From Octopus sinensis (lineage: Eukaryota), in the NCBI RefSeq assembly GCF_006345805.1, contig NC_043013.1:28272001-28336000 (forward strand): a stretch of DNA of 64,000 bases, given 5' to 3'. The stretch's first letter is position 1, and each line of letters opens with the position of its first letter. The notes under the pieces were generated by a model. It had not been told where the DNA came from. It saw only the letters and a program-made list of their open reading frames with translations, and ran no database searches. The position numbers and the translations under genes are program-made. This document shows positions 11,190 through 24,806 of this stretch, in pieces.

Positions 11190-12360
11190 GGTACAGCTTA
11201 ATATTGTAAGCAACAGATGCACTCAATCATTAACAATTGTTTCATCAACTTGCAATACTGCACTGAATTTCTTTGATGGGACTGGGTCGTTATAGAACTA
11301 CCCACACTACTTGCATAATGGCTACGTTTAATAAATTCTATTACTTTCAATAGAATTTGCAGTGAATTAAACTTTTGTTACCATATTTCTGTTGAAATAC
11401 ACTGCCATTGTTACAATTAATTGTGAAAATAATAAAGAATTTAATAGACTAGCCTTGCCATTGTTATACTGTATTTCTCAGATCAAAATTTACTGCCTAA
11501 CAAGGTAAGTTAACATGTATACCAAGACGTGAAGGACCAGAAATTTCATGTGAAATACAGCAGGATTTAAAAAGACTGTGATGATGTTTAAAAGTTTACA
11601 CCAAATATTTAGACTATCTACAATGTTCACTCATATATGGGACAAATACAATGTTTAGAAATTAACCTGAAATATTGATTTAAGGTCTTAATTTAGATCA
11701 TAAGTCAGAAAACTTATATAGCAGAACCAACAGGTGTCCCAGGGAAGCTGATACGAAAAGGCTTAGCAGAGTTGAAAATTCAACACTTTATCTACTCTGT
11801 TCATGAGGGTGCCACTAAATTGAAACGTTTTGATGGGTCATAGAATACAGAATTAAAAAAGCACTAAGACCTTCTGTAATAACTAAGCAAAATTAGTAGA
11901 AATTTCCTACTTGTCAGCACTGGAAGTCAGAGTTAGGAGATCTGTTAAGAGTTAAGAGATCTTTTGTACCTATCTAACAAATTATCATCATGCAACCAAT
12001 AGCTGATGAAATTGGTTTGATAAATACAATATTTTAACCTAAAACATAGACCTTTACATTTCTATCAGTGAACCTGCTAGAAATAGCAACCAAATCTCTC
12101 AAATTGCACCCTGCAATCTTCTTGAAAAGGACACATTACATAATGCAATTTTAGATTCCCTACACATAGAAAAAGATGGTAAGATGGAATGATCATGGCT
12201 GGAATGCCTTTGATAATAGATCCACTCAATCAGGACTGACAAGGGGTTAAACAACAACAGCTACAAAAAGAACAATGTAAAAACAAAATAAATAAATAAA
12301 AAATCAGAGAGAGCATCAAATCTACAATCAACAACATTATTACAAGAAACTTGCCTCAAC

Positions 12361-12411
<51 letters not shown>

Positions 12412-13245
12412 CACACACACACACAAACAAAATCAAGTGTAAGAGAAAGAAGTAGACACCTCATAGTAGAGATAATGGATGCCAATAAAATTTGATTGAC
12501 GAGATATAACATTCTTGAGTGAAACAACCTTAACTCTCCTCATCCCAACCATACAGCCTGATTGATGAATAATCTAATTTAAACTGTTACTTTTACTATT
12601 ACTGTTATTTTCATCATCACCATCACCATCATCATAATCATCATCATCAACACCATCATCATCAAACACATAAAGCAACACCAGAGTTACAAGAAAATCT
12701 TATGCAATCATTGTTGAACACTTTAGGCATCCACTAGAAAGGGCCACATCAAATCAACTTTACAAGCATTTCAACATTCCAAATATTGCTGCTGTTGTTA
12801 TTATCATTATTCTTATCATTATTATTATCAGCAGAATTGTTAAAGAATTGGTCAAAATGCCTTGCAGTGTTACTTCCTGCTCTTTATAGTCTGAGCTCAA
12901 ATCCTGCCAAGGCTGACTTTGCCATTGGTCCATTTTTGGTTGCCAGTCTAGTACTGGGGTTGACTGCATCGACCAATTCCTTCAATATTTGCTTGCCTTG
13001 TGCCCAAGTAAGAAACTATAAAAGACAAGACAAAATGCTTACTAAGCATTTTGTCCAGCTTGCCACCTTCATAATAATAATAATAATCCTTTCTGTTATG
13101 AACACAAAACTTGAAATTTTAGAGGAGGAGACAGGTTGATTAAATTGACTCAGTGCTTAATTAAGTACCAGTTAAGCACTGGGATTGATGTAATTAACAT
13201 GCCCCCTCCCCCAATATTTCTGGCTTTGTGTCTTTGATAGAAAGG

Positions 13246-13287
<42 letters not shown>

Positions 13288-13504
13288 AAGGTGGCAAGCT
13301 GGCAGAATTATTAGCACACCAGACAAAATGATTAGCAGCATTCTATCCATCTTCATATTCTGAGTTCAAATCCTGCCTTTTGTCCTCTCAGGGTTAATAA
13401 AATTGGAACCAACTTATCACTGAGGTCGATGTAATCAACTTAACCCCGAAACAATCAGCCTTGTGTCGAAATTTGAAACCATTATTCGTCATCATCAGCA
13501 TCGT

Positions 13505-13745
13505 CGTAGTTTAACGTCCGCTTTCCATGCTGGCATGGGTTGGAAGGTTTGACTAAGAACTGGCAAACCGGGAGACTGCACCAGGCTCCAGTCTGATTTG
13601 CCAAAGTTTCTACAGCTGGATGCCCTTCCTAATGCCAACCACTCCAAGAGTGTACTGTGTACTTTTACATGCCACTAGCACAGGAGCCAGTCAGGCGACA
13701 CTAGCATTGGTCACACTTGAATGATGCATTTTACATGCCACTGGC
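13505..13745 (+). mobile_element. Repeat family D (probably a LINE-like 3' tail or SINE). Other copies at about 820-960, 16200-16400, 18300-18490, 26160-26310, 56870-57050
   Basis: Recurrent gtttaacgtccgctttccatgctggcatgggttgg ... ctggatgcccttcctaatgccaaccact. Class assignment is inference. Confidence 0.7.
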
Positions 13746-13762
13746 CATTATTATTACAAAAC

Positions 13763-13796
<34 letters not shown>

Positions 13797-14129
13797 TTAT
13801 GTGGCCAAATTTAGATGATGCAAATAGATATTATTTATAATTCTTTTAACAATCTATTTCCAGCCATTTGGATAACTAATTGCTTTTTTTTTCTTGAAAT
13901 TCCATCAGCTTTACAGCATTGAACCCTCACTAAAAATTTTGTCAATTCCAATAGACTTTGCAAATTTAGAGACTTTGAATATAGTTACAAGCAAGAGCTT
14001 TTTACAGCAGGATACTCTAACTTCATGCTAATTATTAATTCATGAAAATAAAAACTTGGTATCAAGTTGTCAATTAAGTAAAGTGACACAAGTAGATGTA
14101 TATGATGTTTTGAGATGTAACTCAATGGC

Positions 14130-14760
14130 AGCAGTAAGGTCTGAATTTACCAGCATATGGTCCATCAGTATGCCACCAGCTTTTCATCATTTGAAGGATC
14201 ATATGTTTTAGGGTAAGCACTTGCTGAAGGAGCTGTTGCATTCCATCTTCAAATATAGGAGTTGATGTCTTATCAGGCAGTGAAGCAACTCTGTTGGTCT
14301 TTTGGCTCCTCCCACCACAACACCAAGGCCACTCACTGAAGTAGGTAACAAAATTTCCACACAACAGCATGAGCTTTGTTGAGTCAGATGATGTAACTCT
14401 AGGCCAGATGTTCCTACCCTCCTTAATGCTCATTCATGTTGCACCACTCATCCTCTCCTTTGAGCCAGATGCAATGGCTTGCTTTCTCAGCAGCTTCTTA
14501 ACAATTTTCAGGCAACCTCTTTTCTCTCCTTCACAGCTAGTCCAAGACTCCCTCAGCATTGAACCCTGGTTCCAACAATTCCTCTTACACCTATCATTAC
14601 AGGAAGGCACATTGCCTACCATCTACTTTTTTCGCAAAGTTTCATCAACTCACTGTATTTTCTGTCTTCCCTACAGAAAACCTGTGCTTGGGTTATTCAT
14701 TAAATGCATAGCATAAATCTATGCAACTTAAACGAACATTCTTCTCCAGGCTTTTCTGTA
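14130..14760 (-). pseudogene. Decayed C-terminus and 3' UTR of an RLE-type (HERO-like, R2 superfamily) non-LTR retrotransposon
   Basis: Minus strand reads EDRKYSELMKLCEKSRW*AMCLPVMIGVRGIVG...SLGLAVKERKEVA*, then after a frameshift EAAEKASHCIWLKGEDEW. This matches the KYxxL..C...W....PxEVGCRGFxG...EAAEKASxWxWxKR ending I recall for HERO-type elements. Confidence 0.65.
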
Positions 14761-15373
14761 CATCTATCTTCACTGAGAATGTTTTATGCTTATGAGAGAG
14801 AAAGAGAGAGGGAGAGAGACAAACAGACAAACAAATAATAAGGCAGGAAGAGAATCAGTTACTGTCTAGGTACAGAATACAAAGAAATCTCAAACTAGGA
14901 AGAAAAATAATTATTTAGAAAATCATAAAACCAAACTAAAATGAGTCAATTCAAATGAGGGTTATTAATGCTCATATGGGAACAGAGTAGAGTAATTACT
15001 TTCTTCAATCATTTGCAGTGAAAAATCTATCAAATAAACATCAAATGTCAAGCACGCATGTACTCACCATACTTACATACCTACACATACCACACACAAA
15101 TACAATATGCCAATGATGTGAAACATTAAAATTAAAGATTAACACTCACTCTCTCTCTCTCTCTCTCTCTCCCCCACTCTTTCAAGCTTCCCCCTATTCT
15201 ACACACTTATAGATAGATAAGAAACAATATTTATTATGCAAATTTGGAGTTAACTACATAAAGTCACAACATATATCAGAAAGCCATGTATCAATAACAG
15301 TGATAATAAATCAATGTTGAATAGACCTTAGCTTCTTCAGTGCCAAAACCCATTTCACCATTGAGTTTCTAAC

Positions 15374-15453
15374 CTCATAAAAAAGGAGCAAATCTGTTCA
15401 ATTATGGAAAATTGCAGCAGGAGCAATAGAATCGATAATAATTCCGACAACAT
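15374..15453 (-). CDS. Candidate alternative signal-peptide-like exon MLSELLSILLLLLQFSIIEQICSFFM(R)
   Basis: Acceptor ctttttactaatag| at 15473, in-frame stop just upstream of the ATG at 15453, donor ATGAG|gttaga. Several CpGs retained in an otherwise CpG-poor zone. Unverified. Confidence 0.25.
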
Positions 15454-18400
15454 TCGAAAGCAAGTAATTCACTCTATTAGTAAAAAGTTATTCTTCTAAA
15501 GCATTCAGAACGGCTAATTTAACCTTTTCTGATTCCAACCAATCTCAAAATGTTATGAGACAAACTTTCTGTTTTAAAGAGTTCTAAATTAGAATATTTC
15601 ATCCGAATTTCATATCAATTTATGTTCTAAACACCATCTTAAAAAAACAAAATCAATTTACTAAATTCTTTTGTATTTTTAAAACTGATTAAAAAAAAAG
15701 CAGTGTATATTCCAACAGAAATATAGTAACAAATGGATTCCTACAGTAACACTGCTATCAGGGGCAATAGGGGTGCTCTATCCCAGGTAACCCTTTTATG
15801 TGTAGAGCATTTTTTAATCTATTGTATAAGCCTGTGCAGGGGCAAGAAGGAAGTGGGGACCAAATTCAAGGGACCCTGGTGACACACACTCTAGCTATAC
15901 CGCTAGTTAACAAGTATTTGGTCAAAAGTCACTGAGACATTAGACAAACTTAGCTTTGGCACCCTAACAAATTCACTAATTCTTGACCATTTATCACACC
16001 AATTATTGGATATCTAATTCTACAAAGTTCTTTTAAAAACAGTAGAGACAAATTAAATTTGATGACAAAAACATTTGTTTCTTAAAAATTTTCTTTTCAT
16101 GGTCTCCACTATTGTAAAACATGTCCCAGTCTCTATTCATATTCTAACTTCTCACGTAGCACAAAGCTACCTCCCACAGTTGAGGGTTTTCTCTTGCAAG
16201 TTATTTGGTCACCTCACTGCTGCTGGTGCCACACAAAAAGCACCCAGTACACTCTGTAAAGCAGGTGGCATTAGGAAGGGCTTCCAGCCATAGAAACCAC
16301 ACCAAAAACAGACAGCAAGCCCTGACACAGTCTTTTGGTTTGCCAACACCTGTCACACTGTCCAACACATGCCAGTATGGAAGGCAGGTATTAATTGATA
16401 ATGTATCTTGAGAGGTTCATCATACCCAGAATACAGCATTTACCACTCTAGATCCTGAACATATGCTACAAGTCAACAAAGAATCCTCTACATGACTGTG
16501 CCACAAGCTAGAAATAGCAGCCAAATTCTAATAAATCCTTGCATATTGGAAAAAGTCAAGATGATCACAGCAGGAACGCTTTTAATCATTGGTTTGCTTA
16601 ATAAGGCCAACCTGGGATTAAACAACAATGATGATGATGATGTATGCTAGGTGTATATTTTGCATGGAAACAAAAGGCTTTTGAAAACATATACAATTCA
16701 ATGAATAAATATACCGAAAGTTAAATTACACATTTGCCACTAAATACAAATGTTTCTACTATTTCATATCCATTAAAAGTAGAGTAAAACCATCAACAGC
16801 GACAATGAGTCTCAGTGCTATTATTATGAAATACAAGCAATATGAAAGGAATTTAGACAGCAGAGCTTTGTCAGATTTAGTGTTATGCTTAACATAGTTA
16901 TTATTTATTAATATAAATGATATCATACTGCTTGGCAACTTAGTATTGCCATACTTAATGCAGTGAGAATATTTTTATTTTTTTTTAAATTGGAGATAAT
17001 TATGCAGTGAAGAAAATACAATATTAGTCAGTGATTAGTATTATTTGAATTACTACACCGAGTATGGGAGATAATTCTGGACATGTTTTCAATTTATTAG
17101 TGCTCCTCAGCAAAGCATAGGCTTCAACATATTTGTAAAAGTAATGAGGAGTGAATCATGTAAATATAAATTATTATTATTATTATTATACACAAGTAAG
17201 TGTAAAAATTAGCATGTTTCAGAGAATAAATCAGAGAGAAATTACAGAAGAACATCATCTGCATAGGGATAAAAAGAAAAAAAAAATTAATAAACAAAAT
17301 AGTAAATTTACTGTTACCATATTTAATGTAGAGAACATTAAAAAAAATCAATTAGAAATAAATTATGCAGTGATAGTTAAAAATATAAGACATTAATTTT
17401 ATGAATTGATCTGCAGGTTTACCATTTATAATATGTCCAGTACAACCTGTTACTGTACCGACAGTAAACCAATGCAACCAGGCCATTAATCACTACTGCA
17501 TTTCTGAATTATGACTGTCAGCATCTAATAATTCTGCTATGGGTACTGTACACCATAAGCTCATGTCACTTTTTCTACCCACTAAATATCATCCATTTAT
17601 ATTAGGTGTCCATACCAGTACAGCCAATAATTGCTCTGCACACACTGGGGCTACATCCTGACCCATTCTTCTTCACCATCTTTTCTCTCTCCTTCAAATT
17701 AGAGTAGGCATGTATTTTTGCTATTGCAAGACACCTGTGTCTGTCCCTTTATCACATTGCTTCTCAACAAGGGTCCATATAAGATTTTGTGGTCAAAATT
17801 TAATTGGTTATACTTCTACAACCCACAAAATATTTTAACAAATATTTTTTTAATAAAATTCCAAATATTTAATTATAAAAATCAGTTGATGAACTGGCTG
17901 AATCGTTAGCACATCAGACAAAATGCTTAGTGGTATTTCATTCATTTTTACATCCTGAGTTCAAATTCCACCAGGGTAGACTTTACCTTTCATCCTTTCA
18001 GGGTCAATAAAATAAGTACCAGTTGAATACTGGGGTCGATGCACTTAACTTTTCCTCTCTCCTGAAATTGCTGGCCTTGTACCAAAAATTAAAACCAATA
18101 TTTAATTATAAAAATATAATAGGCTTTCTTAAACATCAAATGACTATGAGGGGCCACTGGAGTAAAACAGGAATCAAAAGGGCCCTTAGTTGGAAAAACA
18201 GTTGAGAAACACTGCTCTAATCTTTCATTACTTGGCACAAAACCACAAGACCACCTCCCTCAGAACTAGTCAATCCTCAGTGGAGGGGTCTTGTCTTGCA
18301 AGGTACTTGGTGACCTTGTTGGTGCTAGCATCATGTAAAAAGCACTCAGTACACTCTAACAGGTGGTTGGTTGTTAGGAAGGGCATCCAGTTGTAGAAAC

Positions 18401-18929
18401 GAAGCCAAACCAGACAATTGAGCTTGGAACAATCTTTTGGATTGCCAGCTCTTGTCAAACCATCTAATCCATGCTGGCATGGAAAACAGACATTAAATTA
18501 TGATGATGATGACAATGATGATATTCGCTGTCTTCAATACCCAACCACTCTTCCAAAGTCTCTTCACTTAGCTTTTCATGCAAGTTATAACATTGCACAT
18601 GAAATAAAACACAGTCAACTCATTTCGGTCAATCTTTACATCTTTTGAACTTAATGACCCATATCTCACAACTACACAGCATCACAAATATTCTTTTCTA
18701 TTCTAGGCACAAGGCCCAAAATTTTGGGGGAGGGGGCCAGTTGATTAGATTGATTCCAGTATGCAACTGGTACTTAATTTAACAACCCCGAAAGGTTGAA
18801 AAGCAAAGTCAACCTCAGCAGAATCTGAACTCAGAAAGTAGCGGCAGACGAAATACTGCTAAGCATTTTGCCCGGCATGCTAACATTCCTGCCAGCTCAC
18901 CGTCTTACAGCATCACAAATATTAAGGAT

Positions 18930-19400
18930 GCCTCCTACAGCCAGGTCCTTCCCACTAAGATATAACACCTTGTCAAGAGAACCAATACTTCCTTAAATAT
19001 CACCTCCATCCCTCCATTGTCTTTCTCTTGTTTACTATAATTTCACTACAACCACTTCCATCACTAAATAATGTAACCAAGATAGAAAAGTTGTTTAATT
19101 CTTCAAGTCAAGTTATTTGAATATTATGGGTTTCCCAGCTGTTAAATGCTCTTGTGTACTTGATGTAATTAAAATCCAGATTAATTCAGAAATCCGACTG
19201 TACTTATTGTATGCCTTTTGCTTGCAGTGAATACAGAGTACTGAAGTCATGTCTAATTGTTTGAGCAAAACCATTTCCTATTTAGTATTGGGTTTCTATG
19301 TTCTCTGCTACTAATAACTAAGCTTTTTACCATGTTAACTTTTAATCTTTTTTGACTTAAGTTCATACTTTTCAGGTTAGGGACATTTTGTAGATCTTCA
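18930..19400 (-). pseudogene. Heavily decayed RTE-like LINE, post-RT region
   Basis: Fragments NLSQKRLKVNMVKSLVISSREHRNPILNRKWFCS and LFSDGSGCSEIIVNKR resemble RTE GLRVNxxKTKVL...WPCxxC and SSGGGCSE motifs. Multiple stops. Confidence 0.55.
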
Positions 19401-20032
19401 ACAGAATTTTCAATGAGAATATAATCGCTAGTTTATATATATTTCCAAGGTTATTTCTACAGAAATTTGAATAGAATATAAATTGTACTAAATTTGACAA
19501 GATTCAAATTGCTTTCTTTGGTCTCAAGAAAACTCTTGATGTTACATGGGTTTGCTACATTGAAAGAAAATCTGTCACACAATAAAGGTTTTAAGTAAAA
19601 TGTTTATTTACTTGAACTTAAACTATATATCATCATCACTATTTGAACGTCCACTTTTCCGTGCTTGCATGGGTCAGCAGGAATTATCTGAAACAGCTTT
19701 TCTGTGGCCACATGTAAGTAATATTTCCCTGTGGCCAGATGAAAGTAATATTTCCCTGTAGCCAGGGAAGACAGGAAACAACAGAAACTCATTTACAACC
19801 ATCATATGATATCGAGGCAAGGAGACAGAAACACACACACCTAAGTATATAAATATATACATACCTATCTTGTCATATATATATACATACATACACACAT
19901 ATGATGGGCTTCTACCAGTTTGTTTACCAAATTCACTCGCAAGGCTTTATACATGTGTTTGTGTGAGTACACATATATACACTCAAATACATTGGTGTAT
20001 ATAAAGCTTTTAGTACTTGGTTAATTGTTTAA

Positions 20033-20240
20033 CCGTTTAGCATTTAAATTAGCCATATCCCACCAAAATATTCCACCTGATATATTTTCAAACCAACTAG
20101 ATCCTACCTTTCACACCTACCCTGCAATGTCATTCTAAAATATAAACAATCACATCATTGAAATCTCAAAGCTACAAGATAACACGTGATTAATTTGAAA
20201 GCAATGTGACTTTAGACAGAGTAACCTGAATGCTAAAGGG
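20033..20240. mobile_element. piggyBac-type MITE
   Basis: ttaa|ccgtttagcattt ... gaatgctaaaggg|ttaa, giving TTAA duplications and short TIRs. Confidence 0.75.
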
Positions 20241-23200
20241 TTAACATTAGAATAATTTTATTTAGATAAAAATTGGAATTAGTTGCTTACTTAGGTATGA
20301 GACATATTTTTGTAAGGATGGGAACACAGCCAATTGAATTGATCCAATGTATTACTGGTGCTTTTTATCAACCCGGAAAGATAAAAAAGCAAAAGCAAGC
20401 ACAGTAGGGCTTGAAGTCAGAATATAAAAGATAAAAAAATCAAATATTATAAAGCATGACAGTGCACCACCATTTGAGCTAACTCTATAAGATTAATAAC
20501 AGCATGACAATAGTTCCATTGAAAACTATAAAAATACGGAGCGTTTTATGTTGCAATTCACGATACAGTATCAGGAAAAGAAATGTTTCATGTCCAAAGC
20601 ATAATGGCAGTTGGCAAAAAAGAGACAATTCAATAAATAAATAGAAATAACAAGATAATTCTTTTGAAAATGAGCGACACTGAAACATGAAAAACACAGA
20701 TAGTCCAATTTGTCCTTTGTAGTGATAAAAATTTTTTTTCTCTTTTTAATATATTCAAAATTGCCAAGCAACACAGCATATAAAATTTGTTCTTGTGAAA
20801 TGACTTATATTGCAACAGTTCCAGTTATTATTTTTTTCTGGGTTAGTGGTAAGAATTCTAATGTTTTCAGCAAACCATGTTGATAACTAAAGGGGGCAGT
20901 TTTTTATATTTTTGGTCACAGGCATTTTTTTCTTCATTTGCATCACTAATATTCTTGAGAAAAAAAAAATGCATGAACATCACAGTTTCTCTTAACTCTG
21001 GGGTCTTTTTTCAAAAAATGAGTTCATTGTATCAATACCATCACAACCAATATTACTATGACGACCACCACCACCAGCAACAACAATACCAACACCACCA
21101 TATCAGATTTCAACAACATGTATCAGATGTCTTTCTGTCTTTTACTGTGCCTTATTTCTATCTTACTATTATTTTACACTCATTTTTTTCCCCCCTGCTA
21201 ACATGAAATGAAATGGAATGGAATATTTTTTCTTCTTTTGTCTTCCCATATTTGAAAATTTCCATAACATTAGAATAACCAGTTTTCACAAGTTTGAAGG
21301 CATTTCTACCACAAAGGTCAAATATGACCTGTTTTTATCATGTGGGCAGGTAAGATAAAAAGAGAGACGCACACAAACCTTCCCAAACAGTATGATACAA
21401 TGACTGCAAGGCATGAAAGCCTCCACACAACTGTTCAATGAACTTTAAATAAATAACAGAAAAATCTCCCCTATCATCTAAATATAGATGAGCACATTAG
21501 ATAATGTTAACCGTGGTGGTCATAGGACTTCTTGATAATGAAGTGTCTTGCAGCTAAACAACACAATTACTGTTTTATCTTTAATATGTTTTGGTCATTG
21601 AACTATGGCCATGGTAGGGCACTGCTTTGAAGAGTTTGAGTCAAATAAATCAACCCCAGTTCTTATTTTCAAAGCCTGGTACTTAGTCCACTGATCCCTT
21701 TGGCTGAACTGCTAAGTTATAGGAATGTAAATAAAGCAACACTGGGTATCAAGCAGTAGTGGTGGTGGAGCAAACAGTCACAAGCACACATATACAATGG
21801 CCTTCCACACAGCTTCCATCAACCAAATTCACTCACGAGGCATGGGCTGGGCCAGGGCTATAGAAGAAGACACTTACCCAAAGTGCCATGCAGTGGGACT
21901 GAACCAGAAACCACATGGTTACAAATTGAGCTTCTTAACCATTTAGCCATGATAATAATAATGTCTTAATTTGTCATCATTTGAACTCACTTAAATTTGT
22001 AACCAATGGTCCGGAGTCTTTACCTTACAGCCATTGCACTGTTCATTAACAGTATTACAGATTACAAAAGAAATTACGACCATCAGAATGGCAGAACTGG
22101 CAAAATATTATTGCACTAATTCCTTTAAATATTTATTTATGTGTAAGGCAGCAAACTAGCAGAATCATTACCATGCCAAATAAAATGTTTAGCAGCATTA
22201 CTTCTGACTTTACATTCTAAGTTCAAATGCTGCTGGAGTCAATAAAATAAGTACCAGTTGTGCACTGGGGTTGATGCAATCACCATACCCTCCTCCTATG
22301 AAGTTGCCAGGCTTGTGCCAAACTTTGAAATCAATATCTATGTGTTTTGTACATTCTGAGTTCATATCCTGCCATAGATAACTTTACTTGCCATTCCTTG
22401 TCATCTCATTAACATAATGGAGTTCAGTGAATTGGCTACACCCTTCTTCAAAGTGTATAACTTCATATAAAAGTGGAAGAATTTTTATTCTATGTTAAAC
22501 TGATGAACACCATGGGGCAAGAGGTAGGCCCCTAGAAAATCACATTCAATACTGTGTTGTGGTTTAAACTCCTAGTTGAAGCCATTCACTTGAGTTCCTC
22601 ATACCTTTGGCATGAAATATGAATACCTCACTTTTAATTTTCCTCATCCGTAGAGGTTGGTCAAAGAGAAACCATTATTTTATGACAAATTAAAACAATT
22701 TGGGAATTGCAAAAATATTGCTTTCTATTATTCTAGAAGTAATTTCATTTTTCTCCTTAGACAAAGGTATAAAAAAATATCCAACTAAAGAGAGTTTTAG
22801 CCCAAATTTGATTAGTGTAATTGGAAACTAGTGACAAGCTTTATGAATCATAACCATCTTGATTAGAAAGAAAAAGAATAAGAAACATTTAATAAAATGA
22901 ATAGCATTTGGAATAAATAAAACCAGTATTTTACAGAGTAAAAGTTACTGAGATATTTGGAACTTTTACAAAGTGAAGACTTTCCCACGAAGCCGCACCT
23001 TCACTCTAGTTCATTGCTTAATACATTTATTTCTACCTCCCTGATAACTAACCATCTGTTTCTATCCACTCCTGATCCACTGTCTGTATCCTCTCTTGCT
23101 TCCTGACGACTTTGCTGTGGCAGCCCATCAATACATCTTACCATTTTTTACCTAAATACTCCCATCCACCCTCATATAAATGCAGAACAGCCGTGAATCT

Positions 23201-24589
23201 TCTTCGTAGCAAGATACCTTTACTTGTCCCTGGCATAAAATCTCCTCTCCAATCACTCAGATATACCCCGTCCCCCAACTTAGTTAAGGGAGTTTTTCAT
23301 TCTCCCTTTTCTTGTTTCATGTATTGCAAGTTAGTTGGCAACCCCACAAGTACTGGTGGTCTCCCAAAAAAGTGCTCAGTCTACCTTATAAAGTGGTTGG
23401 CATTAGGAAGGGTATCCAGCTATAGAAACCATGTCAAAGCTGACATGGAGTATGATGCAGCCCTAGGACTCACTGGATCTCCTATCAAGCAATCCAACAC
23501 ATGACAGCATAGAAAATAGTAAATAATAATGAAGATGAAATTAAATGATTCGTTATTATTTTTAGAAGAATGCATCAAGAAACTTGGAGAAGGGAAAATA
23601 GCCAAGAGTTGGACAATATATTATGATTCCAACTTATGTTTCACAAATTCAAACCCATTATTTCCAAATAGAGTCCCTACCCTTCAGTTTACCTAGCTTT
23701 TGGGACTTCTAGAAATGTTCCCTACTATAGACTGACAATTTATCACAAATAGTATATTTTCTGACATGCAAATTGAATTTTTCAGATCAAAATTTACAGC
23801 CATAAGAGGTAGATGAACTTATACACCAAGACAACTTTGGAGGACAAAAAAATTCCATGTGAAATCCAACCGGATTTAGAAAGATAGTAACAATGTTTGA
23901 ATGTTTACACTATATACTACATCAACTTTAATGTTGGGAAATACAGTAGATTTGTCTCTCATCAACTTAGCTCTATACAAACCAGAATTATACAACAGCC
24001 CTTTGAACCTGTGCAATTTCTGCAAGGACTCACTTTTTGAGAAGCTGATAATATACATCACTCAGTAGCAATATGTAGTATCTCCCTGATTAGTACCCTA
24101 ACAAATTTTCCCATGAGCCTGATAGCTTCTGTAGATTTCTTTTTTATATCTATGCATAGATGATGACTACATTATAATAGGGCAATCTGCTCACAAACCA
24201 GGTGGATATCACAAACCCATGGTATGTATACTTAAACTTTCATTTATCTACCATAAAGCAGTGTGTGAGAAATATCCCACTTGACGAGGATTCTAAAATC
24301 ATAGGCTACTTTCATACAAAATTCATTCCGTGTGTATTTCTGGGAGCTGAGAGAATTGATGGTGTTGATTTAGCTTGCAATATACCCAGCCAATTACCCC
24401 TTTGCATGCAGTCTAACCATAAGCCAGATCAGGTCATTTCACAACATGGATGACGGATATTGTGGTAGACAACATGCTAAAGTAGTACCAATTTAAGGTT
24501 TTGTAAGAATTGTCCCAGCCAGAAATATAAACGTTTTGACTAGATAAGAACTAATGGCAGAAATAGCAAATCTCACTTAACTATTTTAA

Positions 24590-24806
24590 TCCTTTAGCAT
24601 TTAAACTGGCCATATCCAACCCCAAATATTCTACTTGTTTTATGCTTGAACCAACAAGATCCAGCCTCTCACACCTACCCTACAATGTTGTTCTAAAGAT
24701 AAACAATTACATCATTGAAATCTTGGAGCTATGAGATAATGCATGGTTAATTCAAAACAATATGAATAAATATTACATTTGACAAAGCAATCTGAATACT
24801 AAAGGA
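24590..24806. mobile_element. piggyBac-type MITE, second copy
   Basis: ttaa|tcctttagcattt ... gaatactaaagga|ttaa. Shares the internal ctctcacacctaccctacaatg block with 20033-20240. Confidence 0.75.
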
